A program made the position numbers and the translations under genes. Shown piece by piece: positions 40,271 through 52,074 of a DNA stretch of 64,000 nucleotides. The notes beneath the pieces are model-generated. The model saw nothing but the letters and a program-made list of their open reading frames with translations. It made no database searches and was not told where the DNA came from. The stretch lies in the NCBI GenBank assembly GCA_024679065.1, contig JAGIQG010000002.1, positions 123,256,001-123,320,000 on the forward strand. The letters run 5' to 3'. This stretch comes from Sphyrna mokarran. Its lineage: Eukaryota. Every line of letters begins with the position of its first letter. Position 1 is the stretch's first letter.

Positions 40271-40529
40271 GAGACTTTGGTATTTATCTAACATGAGACA
40301 GTTTCAGGAAACGAGACAGGAGTTCCAGATAATCCTTGAGAGGAATGATTGGAACTTCAAACAATCTATAGAAGCAAGAGCTAGGAGTCTCAGACAGTCT
40401 TAGAGAGGGAGATAGGAACTTTGGACAGCCATAATAACGTCTGCTCCAATGGGATAATCTAATGATTCAGCAGTGACCTGCTTATCCCCTCAAAACTTAC
40501 ATTGAGGCCACAATCCTTTTATCACCCTG

Positions 40530-41386
40530 CAAATTGGGGCTGTTTTCCTTAGAAAGACATAGACTTAGAGGAGATCTAATAGAGGTGTACAAGATTATGA
40601 GGGGTATAGATAGACTAAACAGGGTTAAGTTTTTTCCGAGGATGGACTCAAATAGCACGAGGGGTCATGGGCTTAGGGTGAGGGGGATAAGGCATAATTT
40701 GGATGCTAGAGGGAGTTTTTTTCACACAGAGGGTGGTGGGGGTATGCAACACGCTGCCAAGTAAGGTGGTGGAGGCAGGCACACTGGAGTTATTTAAGAG
40801 ATACTTAGATGGGCACATGAACAGAATGAGAATGGAGGGATATAGAAAACTGATTTAAAATAGGCATCATGAGCCTTGGGAGTTCCCTGGGAAGTGTGTA
40901 AATTGTCGATGACATTGATGTATTTGTTTTATCCTACAGATATTTCGGTCCGCCTTATCTAACAAGGGGCATACACGTGATGGGTCGTGAGAGGGCTGCT
41001 GTTGGATTTTGAGAGTATCCTTGTGCTTCACGTTGTTAGTGTACGCTTGACCTGGACCAGTTGATGGGCAACATGACAGCTCAGTGACTATTGCTGTGCA
41101 GATACATGGATTTGGGCCTGTGTCTGTGGGAGTTTGCGCATTCTCCCCATGCTTGCGTGGGTTTTCTCCGGGTGCTCCAGTTTCTTCCCACATCCCAAAG
41201 ATGTGCTCTTAGGCTGATTGGCAGAACAAATTCTACATAAATTGTCTCAAATTTGGTTCTAATGCATAGATCTATAAACATAGACAGGGATGACAGGGGT
41301 CATGGGTAGAAATGGGAATATCGAGGTGGTGGCATGGGCTCGATGGGCTGAAGGGCCTGTTTCCCAGGCTGTTTTGTTCTTTGTTC
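40530..41386 (+). mobile_element. CR1 3' fragment with extended SINE-containing 3' UTR (copy A)
   Basis: ORF2 C-terminus 40534-40858, unique UTR, V-domain, GTTCTTT tail. Confidence 0.92.
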
Positions 41387-42849
41387 ATCCATCCTTTCTT
41401 GTATTCTATTTAATCCCCTTCAGCATTCATTCCATTTTATTGAATTGAACATTTAACTCAACTACCAAGCTGTATAATTTGCCAGTTATTTAATTTTGCA
41501 ACTTGCTGCATGCAACATTGTTCCATACATTAACAAGTACCAAGAAATAGGGCATGTAATAAAAACCATAGTACTACATAGAACAATATTGTGAAATACT
41601 GGACGTAACAAATGTAAGAAATCACACATACGTCATCAAGTACCAGACTTAACAAATGCTGTAATGTACAAAATGTAATAAATGCTATAACGAACAAATC
41701 TTAGGGGCTGTAATGTACCCCAAATAACAAGGACTGTAATGTACTGCAAATAATCTATTGAAAGTCCAACAGTATATATTAGATAACTCTCTTCACCGCG
41801 CAGGCATTGAGACATTTATAAAAGGTGATCTATTAAATAAAGTTTTGGGCACTTTTAAGACCATTTGAATTACTTTCAAACAATTTCAAGTTGAAACAGA
41901 TGTAGATGAAAATAAGTATGTACCATTGGCTTGACTGATTGAGATTTGAGCAGTCAACGAATAGTGTTGGTGCACGGTGACTGGGTGAATCCACCCAGTT
42001 TCGTTTTAAATAGGGCTGTAGACTATCTATTTCAACAAACTCTCTGGCCGGAATTTTGCCGGCCCACCCACTGAGGGAATTGGAGCAGGTGAGTGGTGGA
42101 TCATGGGAAGCTCTGTTGACCTCAGGTGGGATATTACAGTTTTGGACAAGCCATATAATTCCACCCTCTATGTGAGACAGCAAGGTGGAGACCAGTACCA
42201 ACACTTGGCAGCTTACTCCCTTCCGAGGCTGTATGTGCATTAAATCTTTGGCAGATAAACAGCCTAAGAGAGTTTGACTATTTACAAATAGAGAGAGATC
42301 TACAAATATATAACGATCGGTTTTCAGTCTCTGAAGGTTCTATTGTTTGATTGAATGGTGAGTTCTGTATCTGCATGGAGCTTTGTGTAACTACTTAAGA
42401 TTCCAGTGGTGTGTTTAGGACAGCATAATTGCCAATATCGCCCTGGTGCTCTGATGGGTTACTAATGCTGTGTTGCTTTTACTTGGTGGAATGGACTGGC
42501 CCTGTTGCCTATACCTAGCATACTTATTTACCTCAGATTTGCAGCTTTGCCTGATGTGCTCACACTGCTGTGGCATATGCAGTGCCTCTGGTTTTTGTTC
42601 TATCTGTACTGTCTTTGCATTTGAAAGCCCAACGTGTTATTTGTCTTTGATCACGGGTTGAAGCTGCCCAATGTACCTGATTCACTATGCCACATTTAAT
42701 TTAAATAAATGCCTTTGAAAGCTGGTTTATAAGTTGCTCTTAATCATAACGAAAAGATAAACATTATTGGTTGGTTTTGATTACATCAATGTCTTAAATA
42801 TAAGCTCAATGTGAGAAACAATCATGGCCTTGGAATAACTTTTAGTTCA

Positions 42850-43155
42850 AAAGCAAAGTACTTCAAATGTTTGAAATCTGAAACAAACATAAAATGCTGG
42901 AAAAATACTATGGAAGCTGGAATCTGAAACAAAAAGAGAACATGCTGGAAAATCTCAGCGGATCCACAGCATCTGTGGAAAGAGAGCCAACATTTCAAGT
43001 CTGGATGACCCTTCATCAGAGCCAGAAATTACTGGAAATACTCAGCAAGTCACAACTATGGAAAAATAAATAGGGCTAACAGATTCACTAATAGCTCACT
43101 GACCTGAAATATTAACTGTCTCCAAAGATGCTACATGATCTGAGTATTTCCAGCA
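42850..43155. mobile_element. Cluster of Penelope-like terminal fragments
   Basis: Repeated gctggaatctgaaacaaaaa..gctggaaaatctcagc motifs in both orientations; another copy at 33815-33885. Confidence 0.7.
42985..43023 (-). ncRNA. Minimal type-I hammerhead ribozyme (Penelope-type)
   Basis: Minus strand GGCT-CTGATGA-A-GGGTC-ATCCA-GACTT-GAAA-T-GTT-GGCT. Confidence 0.65.
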
Positions 43156-44574
43156 ATGAGTTCTGGTGTTACCAAAAGTCTATTTGAATGCAGATGTGTT
43201 CCAGTTTATTTAAAACAAATTATCATCTCTGCTAAAATAACAGACAGAGAAATGTTGCACAAACTGATTAAGTGTTTGTCCAATGGTATAATCACCAGTC
43301 CCAAATTAAAATGAGTAAACTATTCAGATTTGCAAGGTAAAAGGATATGCTCATATAGTACTAAATCTTGCTTAATATTCACAGGAAGAGCAAACACATC
43401 AGGGAAGGTGATCTGCATGGTGAAAAAGCTCAATGATTGAAATATTTTGTAGGGAGATTGTTTCTAAGCTGAACAAAGGTGCTGTAAATTTCATTAACTT
43501 GTTAAACAGATTGACAACTCCTTAGTGATCGCTCTTTTATGGTAGATTGGATGGACTGGTTTCCAATTTCCATCGGTCAATGTGTCAAAAGCTGGATAGG
43601 ATAAATTGAAGATTTTCATTAACGGAATAAAGAGATTACAATTTCCTGACCAGAAACAATGAGGAAAACAGAAATCATGACAGATTTTAAAGGTAAGTAG
43701 ATAAACGTCTACAAAAGAAAATGGTATGGTGGGACAAGGGCAGGAAACAGAACCGCGTGAATACTGTAGAAAACTAGCAAATGCACAGGGGCCAAATGGT
43801 CTTTTCTGTGCTGCAAAATTAAAGGCATCTGAGGAACCTTGGTAATATACATATGTCATAGCTCACACATTGCTTTGTGGATCTGTATCTCCTGGGGTGA
43901 TGCCTGCATAATCCAGGTCCAAGTCTATCTTTATTCTGAAATATCCCTCTAAGTAATAATTTAGTGTTGCTTTGTCATCCCTCTTTAGTAATCTAATATT
44001 TGAATCACTCAGGTTGTGGAGTCTAAGCTCTTTGTATGATGAATAAATTTGATTCACGTAAAGAATGTGCACAGGTAAGTCTTTCATTTGTGACTTGGAT
44101 TCTTCCCTCTTGGCTTCAAAAAACCCACAGGATGAACTGACAAGATGATGCTAGCTCAACAGGCAATGATTTAATTGGTGGATTTTGTGCTGTTAAATTG
44201 GTGAAACCCTAACAGTATCCCAGTGCAAACTGAAGGGTATTAACTAACTCTTGGTTCCACAACTTGTGTTTCAGTCCTCAGGATTTGTGCCCCAATGGAG
44301 ATGTAGGCCGGGATTTTACAGCCTCGCTTGAGTGAGGCTCATAAAATCCCACCCGAGGCCAACAGAGAAGTCTGTTCTGTGAGCCTTCAAGGCGATAAAG
44401 TTCCAGTCATAGTTTGCACCACATCAGGCAAACAGGAACTCTACAGGTATAGATTTTTGATCAGTTGGTTCAAAACTCTAGAAGACAGCAATGATCACAA
44501 GTGAAATAAAAGAGAATTTTCTTTGGAGTAGGGATTACTGAAAGCACAAATTGGCCAGGTTTCTTATTTCTGAT

Positions 44575-46660
44575 TATTATAAGACATGGAAGCAGAAATA
44601 GGCCATATTGCAAAAATTTGTTCTGCCATTAAATGAGATCATAAGTGATCTGATATGATAATTCTCAACTCCACCTTCCTGCCTTAACTCCATAAACTTT
44701 GATTCCCTTACTAATTAAAAATCTGTCTATCTCAACTTTTAATATACTTAACAATCCAGCCTCTATAATCTTCTGCAGTAAAGAACCTGACAGATATACT
44801 ACCCTCTGAGAGAAGAAATTCCTCCTCATTTCTGTCTTAAATTAGTAACTCTTTACTTTGGGATATGCCCTCTGGTTCTACACTTGCCCATAAGGGGAAA
44901 CAACCATTCAGCATAAACCCCATCAAGTCCCCCTGTGAATGCTAAATGTCTCATCAGGCCACCTATCATTCTTCTAAACTCTGAGTACAGGCCCAACCTA
45001 CTCAACCTCTTAAGAAAATCCCTCTACCCAGGATCAACCTAGTGCACCTTCTCTGGACTGCCTCCAATGCCCGTATATCTTTCCTGAGATAAGGAGACCA
45101 AAACTGTTTGGTATAGTCCAGGAGATCAACAATAAATCTCTCCACGGGCCTCATTCAATATGAGGTCCCCTAAGAGGCAAATGGAGCCTGCCCAATAGAG
45201 AAGGAGCAGCAGGAGGTTTAAAACCAGGCAGTCGATGGACTCGGGTCTGATTTGCACTCTGTAGCCATTGAATGGTACTCAGATATTGCTGTCAGTAAAA
45301 GGGTAATTGGTGATGGAAAATTGACCTTAATAAGATGATGAAGATGAGTATGAGAAGCCTATTTCATACTCATTTAGGACACTCTTGGACACTGATTGGA
45401 GATACTCCCGGATTGAGAAAGAGCAATTGGCAGTTGTTTGGCATTAAAAGGTTCCATCAATATGTCTACGGTAAGTGCTTTCTGATAGTGACTGATCATA
45501 AACCATTGCTGGACTTTTTAAAGAAGAGAAGGCAACAGTCTTGGGCCTTGATACTGGCGGTTTATGAATACTTCCTAAAGCAGCATCCCAGGACCTGGAT
45601 AGCTAATGCCAATGCACTGAGTTATCTGCTGTTGTTCAGACTTCATCACTGGCTGTGGAAGAGGTTGTTAATACCCTCATTTTGTTGGACACCTTGTGAG
45701 TTATCTGCGAGGCAATCAAGGACTGAATGCAAAAGGACCTAGTCCTGTCTAAATGAAAGTACATAACACTATGTGGGGAATTCAGAGGGCAACCCTCAGA
45801 TGAAATAAAACATTACTGGAGGAAGAAAGACTAGCTTAATGTTGAGGATGGCATCATTCTTTGGGGTTTCCGTGCAGTTGCCCCTCATCCAGTGCGGCAT
45901 CCGATACTTACGGAATTACACCATAGTCACTCTGGGATTTCAAAGATGAAAATACTAGCTAGGAGCTACAAGTGTTGGCCCAGCTTTGACACAGATATTA
46001 CCAACATGGTTAGACAGTTTTGAGTCACATGAAGAGAATAAGAAACTCTCCCCTCAGCCTCCCTACATCCATGGGAGTGGCCTGATAGGCTGTGGGTATG
46101 AGTGCATATGGACTTCACTGGGTAATGTGGAGCTCTGGTATGGTCAGCACGCATTCCTGATGATTGGAGATACATTGTATGAACTTAACCACTTTCCTGT
46201 CAGGTGAATGAAGGCCTGTCCAATAGGGATGGGGAGGTTTAAAACTTGCTGGCTCCACTTAGGCCGGCAGTGATTTGCATTCTGTAACCATTAAACAGAG
46301 CTCAGATATCAGTGAAAATAAAAGGTAATTAGTGACAGAGGACAGGCCTTGGCAAGATTATTACACTTGTGGTTTGTTTAAAGTTAGCAATTTTCATACT
46401 CAATTCCCTTTGCAATAAAGGCCAACATTCTATTTGCCTTCCCTATTACCTGCTGAACTTGCACGCTTGCTCTTTGATATTTTTGCATAGGACCCTGAAT
46501 CCTTGTGCTGCAGCTTTCTGCAGGCTTCCTTCATTTTAATAATATTCAGCTGCTTTATTCTTCCTCGTAAAGTGCATAACTTCACATTTTCCTACATTTT
46601 ATTCCATCTACTAAATTTTTGTCTCCTCACCTAACTTGTCTCTATCCCTTTGTAGATCAT
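44575..46660 (-). mobile_element. CR1 3' fragment interrupted by a Gypsy remnant
   Basis: CR1 tail/3' ORF at 44575-45125 resumes at 46366-46660. Confidence 0.8.
45130..46365 (+). mobile_element. Internally deleted Gypsy element with both LTRs
   Basis: Direct repeats ~45175-45340 and ~46205-46365; RNase H FGIKRFHQYVYGKCFLIVTDHKPLL; integrase ELHHSHSGISKMKILARSY. Confidence 0.8.
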
Positions 46661-46837
46661 TGATGGGCAATCTAAGCCAGAGAGTAGGATGGGTAAACGG
46701 CCCTCCTTCATCTTTGTGGGACACAAGATTGAAATTGGCTATGTTCATTAATTAAGATCTTTAAAAAAGGTTGAATACATTTTATACATGCCAAATGTTT
46801 CATAACAAGTTATAGAAAATGTTTAATCATTCATATT

Positions 46838-47192
46838 TGCATGGTGGCATTGCTGCTGCACAGCGCCTCACAGCGCGAGGGACCGGGTTCAATTCCAGCC
46901 TTTATGACGTCTGTGTGGAGTTTGCATGTTCTCTGTGTGTCTGCGTGGGCTGGGGAGGGGGGGTTTCCTCCTTATGCTCCAGTTTCTTTCCACAGTTCCA
47001 AGATGTGCAAGTTAGGTGGTTGGCCATGGTAAATTGCCTCTTATTATCCAAAGATTGTAGGCTAGAGAATTAGCAGGGCTAATACGTGGTGTTATGGGGA
47101 TAGAGTCTGGGTTAGATGCTTTGTCAGAGTCCATACAGATTTGATGGGCTGAATGGCCTTCTTCTACACTGTAGAGATTCTATGGTTCTATA
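46838..47192 (+). mobile_element. V-SINE-like SINE
   Basis: tRNA head with ggttcaattcc, V-domain tctgtgtggagtttgcatgttctc, CR1-like tail. Confidence 0.9.
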
Positions 47193-47459
47193 TTAGTGGA
47201 ACTGTCTTCAACCTTAAGTGGTAAAACAAAATAAGTATTGGATGCAGAGGGAGTAGACAGCTCTCACAGTTAATGTTGTGTGCACTCAGCATATATCTTA
47301 TTTCTTGTGCCCTTGCTTTATGTGGGTATCTCCTCAGTCATACTGAGAGCAAAAAGCCATGTGGATGAAAATCATCGGAATGTAGCAACCTCGTGCATGG
47401 ACAACAGTCAACAAAATGTCTGGTGGGCCACATTTTGAACTCTAGTAGACCACATTGGC

Positions 47460-50400
47460 AATTGAATATTCTGGGGTATAAGTGTTTTAGGCATGATAGA
47501 GGTGGTTTGAGGAGAGGAGGGGGAGTGGCGTTATTAGTTAAGGATCACATCATAGCAGTGCAGAAGGAGGGTGGTATGGCTGAGTTAGGAATTGAGTGGC
47601 TATGGGTGGAGTTGAGGAATAGGAAGGGAGAGGTTACTATGTTGGGTGTGTACTACAGACCGCCCAACAGTCCGTGGGCCGTGGAAGAAGGGATATGTAA
47701 GGAAATTTTAGATAAGTGTAGGAAGAATAGGGTAGTTGTAATGGGAGATTTCAATTTCCCTGGGGTAGATTGGAAGGTGCCCAGAGCGGAAGGTGCGGAC
47801 GGGGAGGAATTTGTACAGTGGTTTTAGAAGGGTCCTTGGAGCAGTATGTGGATAGCCCGACTAGAGAGGGGGCTATACTGGATCTGGTTCTGGGGAATGA
47901 GCCAGGGCACGTGGTTGACGTTGTAGTAGGAGAGCATGTGTCTAATAGTGACCACAACTCTGTCTGCTTTAGGGTATTAATGGAAAAAGATGAAGCCTGC
48001 CCTAAAGGGAGGGTGTTAAACTGGGGGAGAGCTAGATATAGCCAGATTAGGCAGAATCTTAGGCATACTGACTGGGATAAGCTGTTCGAGGGTAGGTCGA
48101 CACTGCACATGTGGGAGTCTTTCAAGGGAAAACTAAAATTTTTGCAGGAAAGACACGTGCCGGTAAGGAGGAAGGATGGGAAAGGTAGGATTAGAGAACT
48201 GTGGGTTACTAGGGATGTTGAGGACTTGGTCAGGAAGAAGCGGGAGGCATACGTTAGATCCAGGGAACTGGGGACAGAGGCAGAGCTGGAAAAATATAGA
48301 GAGTGTAGACAGGATCTTAAAAGGGGTGTCAGAAAGGCAAAAAGGGGCCACGAAATGGCTTTGGCAGGTAGGATTAAGGAAAATCCTAAGGCATTTTACT
48401 CCTATGTAAGGAGCAAAAGGATGGTTAGAGGGAAGATTGGACCTCTCAGGGACAGAGAAGGGGTACTATGCTTAGAGCCTGAGGGAATGGGGGAGACCTT
48501 AATGAATACTTTGCATCGGTATTCACGCGGAAGAGGGGCCTGATGTCTGATGCCGGTTTTGAGGAATTTGAGGACCCGTTAAAGGAAATAATAATTATGA
48601 GGGACGAAGAGTTGGGGCTTTTAGGTAGCATAAAGACTTATAAAGCTCCAGGGCCTGATGGTATTTATCCCAGGCTGCTAAGGGAGGTGAGAGATGACCT
48701 TGCTGGGCCTCTGACGCAAATCTTTGTCTCTTCTTTGGACACAGGGGAGGTCCCAGAGGACTGGAGGATTGCAAATGTAGTACTGTTGTTTAAAAAGGGT
48801 CAGAGGGATAACCCAGGGAACTATAGGCCGGTGAGCTTGACTTCAGTTATAGGTAAGCTAATGGAGAGGATTCTCAGGGACAGGATGTATAAGCATCTGG
48901 AGCTCTGTGATCTGATCAGGGATACGCAGCATGGCTTCGTTAAGGGGAGGTCGTGCCTTACGAATCTAGTGGAATTTTTTGAAGAGGTGACAAAAACGTT
49001 TGATGAAGGACAAGCCATTGATGTCGTCTACATGGATCTCAGTAAGCGTTTGACAAGGTTCCTCATGGTAGGCTGATAGAAAAGGTGAAGGCGCATGGTA
49101 TACAGGGCCAGGTATGTAGATGGGTTGAGAACTGGCTTGAGAGGAGGAGACAGCGGGTAGTAGTGGAAGGCTCTTTTTCCAACTGGAGGTCTGTCACTAG
49201 TGGTGTGCCACAGGGCTCTGTACTAGGACCCTTTCTATTTGTGGTGTATATAAATGACTTGGAAGAGGGGGTAGGTAGTGTGATCAGCAAATTTGCTGAT
49301 GACACTAAGATGATTGGATTGGCGGGTACTGAGGAGCAGTGCCTGGCAATACAACATGACATAGATAGGCTGGGAGATTGGGCAGATAGATGGCAAATGG
49401 AATTTAATCCGGATAAATGCGAGGTGATGCATTTTGGCCGGAATAATGTAGAGGGGAGGTATAGGATAAAAGATAAAACTATCCGGAGTATAGAGACGCA
49501 GAGAGACCTGGGGGTGCAGGTTCACAAGTCTCTGAAGGTGTCAGTACAGGTGGAGAATGTGATAAAGACAGCGTATGGTATGTTAGCCTTCATAGGAAGG
49601 GGTATAGAATACAAGAGTAGGAGTCTAATGTTGCAGGTGTATAGAACGTTGGTTAGGCCTCATCTGGAGTACTGCGTCCAGTTCTGGTCGCCATACTACA
49701 GGAAGGATGTCGAGGCCCTGGAGAGAGTGCAGAGGAGAATTACCAGGATGCTGCATGGTATGGAAGGGCTGTCTTACGAGGAAAGATTGAAAACACTGGG
49801 GTTGTTTTCCCTTGAAAGACATCGGCTGAGAGGGGATCTTTTAGAGGTATATAAGATTATGAGGGGTATAGATAGAGTAAATAGTGGTAAGCTTTTTCCA
49901 CCATTAGAAATGGATAGAACGAGGGGTCACGGGCTCAGGGTGAGCGGGACTATGTATAAGACAAATATTAGAGGCCAGTTTTTCACACAAAGGGTAGTGG
50001 GGGTGTGGAATGCACTGCCGAGTAAGGTGGTGGGAGCAGGCACGCTAGGGTTGTTTAAGGTCTCTTGGACAGCCACATGAGCGGTCTGCAGATAGAGGGA
50101 TATAGCAGGACTGTTTGAATATCGGGAGGACCAAATAGTAGTAGACTATCTTTTAGTTTCGTCTCGGGAATGTCTTAGTTTTTTTTTAGCATGTTTAATT
50201 AAGTCTTATTTGTTTCCGCAGGCAATTCGGTCCACCTTGTTGACCAACAAGGGGCATGCAGGCGGCATGTCGTGCGAGAGCTGCTCTTGGAGGTTGCTTC
50301 AGGAGTTGCCTAGTGCTTCACGTCATCAGTGTATGCTTAAACTGGACCATCTGATGGGCAACATGACAGCTCAGAGACTATCGCTGTTGCTGTGCTGATA

Positions 50401-50682
50401 GATGGATTTGGGCCTGTGTCTGCAGGAGTTTGCGCGTTCTCCCCGTGGTTGCGTGGGTTTCCTCCGGGTGCTCCGGTTTCCTCCCACATCCCAAAAATGT
50501 GCTCTTAGGCTGATTGGGTAACAAATTGTCCCTATGTTGGTCCCTATATGGGAATCTTCAACAATAGGCATAGCCTAAAGTCAAGGATATGTCATTAAGA
50601 TGTTAGGACGGCGGCGTGGGCTCGTTGGGTCGAAGGGCCTGTTTCCCATGCTGTGTTGCTCTTTGTTCTTTGTTCTTTGTTT
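47460..50682 (+). mobile_element. Young CR1 LINE, most of ORF2 plus extended SINE-containing 3' UTR (copy B)
   Basis: ORFs 47393-47827, 47770-48543, 48543-49076, 49085-50080; TSD ATTGGC at 47454-47459 and 50683-50688; (CTTTGTT)n tail. Confidence 0.97.
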
Positions 50683-50728
50683 ATTGGCCCCTAGGCCACA
50701 AGTAGCCCATGATTGCTGTAGACTGTTT

Positions 50729-52073
50729 GGGTTCAATTTTACTATTGAAACATAGTAAAGTTGGGCATGAGGTCATTAACGCAATCCACACCCGCTTCTG
50801 CGCAGATTGCCATTTTACTACAGCCGGAAAATGGCTGCAATCGAATCACGGGTGCAACGGTGATTTAAATGCATTTGTATGCATTTAAATTGAATTAATT
50901 AACTGCCCACCCAACTTTATCAGTATTTCCCCCTTTACCATCGCATTTGTGCATCCAGATTTGGCGCGAAATAGACCTGCTCGGCAAAGGTCTATTTCGG
51001 GCGTTCCACCTGCTGAAAGAGGTAAGTTCAAAACTTTCAACGGCACTCTGACTCAGATCAGTGGTGGGAGGAGGGAGGTGGTTCAGATCATTCTCTGGTC
51101 AGGGTTGGGGGGGGGGACGTGAGGAGGAGGAGGCGAGTCAGATGTATCTCTCTTGGTTGGGGGAGATCCGATCATTGTCTGGTGGGGTAGGGGAGGCCCG
51201 AACTTTCTTTTGGTGTCGGGTCTGATCATTTATCATTCCTGTTATAAATGCTACTTAGATTACATTTCACTTGTCATGAATGTTATTTTTTTTCCCCCGA
51301 CACTAGCAAATTTAGAAGAAGTAGAAATTATCTTATTACCATTTCCCAAGTTATCTTCTAAACTTGAAAATGCAGTTCTTAGAATTTACTGCAAGTTGGC
51401 CGTTGCTAAACACAATGTCAAAAGTTGTTGAATTGAGTTATTTGTGCATGCATCTATATGTTTCATTACACAACTTCAGTAAATACCTACTTATGTACCT
51501 AAGGTGGATTTTGTAAGTACAGGCAGCAGGGAGAAGGGATTCCGCAGCTATAATAGTGCACATGCATTTAATTAGTGAAACTGTCAAAGTACTCGACTAT
51601 GAGTATGTGAAATATACCAGGAGGGAGGCCAGATGGATTTCTGGTGGCAGTGGGGCGGGGGAGAGACAGGCAGGCCTGCTGCCATTCTGTGGGCGATCAA
51701 TGTTGGGGGGGAAAGTGGGCAGAGGGTCACAGTTGGTCTGGGTAGTAGAGGGGTTGGTGGATAAGGGGGACAGTTATCTTGTAGGGATGGAGGTGATGTC
51801 TGTAGGGGCCATTGCTCCCAGGTCGCTTTATCCACTTTTTGCAGCCCGGGAGCGATGTGACAGCAGCGCAGTTTTCAAATATTTTCCTCACTGCGCATAG
51901 GCAGTGCAGAACTCTGATTGTTTTGGGCGTGCTAAGTCCCACCCACAGTGCAATTCAAACCCGTGATTTTTTTTCAGGCTAAGAGTGTATGGCGGCACCT
52001 GAAGAAGATTTCCAAGTCGGATCTGAATTGTGCCCAGATTCAGCACTTAGAATGAAAATGGTAAAATCGGCCC
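50729..52073. mobile_element. Non-autonomous Harbinger-like element, same family as 3043-3992, opposite orientation
   Basis: TIRs GGGTTCAATTTTACTATT / AATGGTAAAATCGGCCC; TSD TTT; 50900-51030 is the reverse complement of ~3780-3910. Confidence 0.85.
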
Positions 52074-52074
52074 T

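Noticed and set aside
40867-41193. Antisense ORF shared by chimeric CR1 copies A (108 aa) and C (52551-52802, 83 aa)
   Set aside because: A and C are close relatives, so sharing is not independent evidence; the equivalent frame in copy B hits a TAA stop
43863-44087. 74-aa minus-strand ORF (MKDLPVHILYV...)
   Set aside because: No recognisable domain or convincing splice sites; compatible with a chance ORF opposite the plus-strand exon candidate
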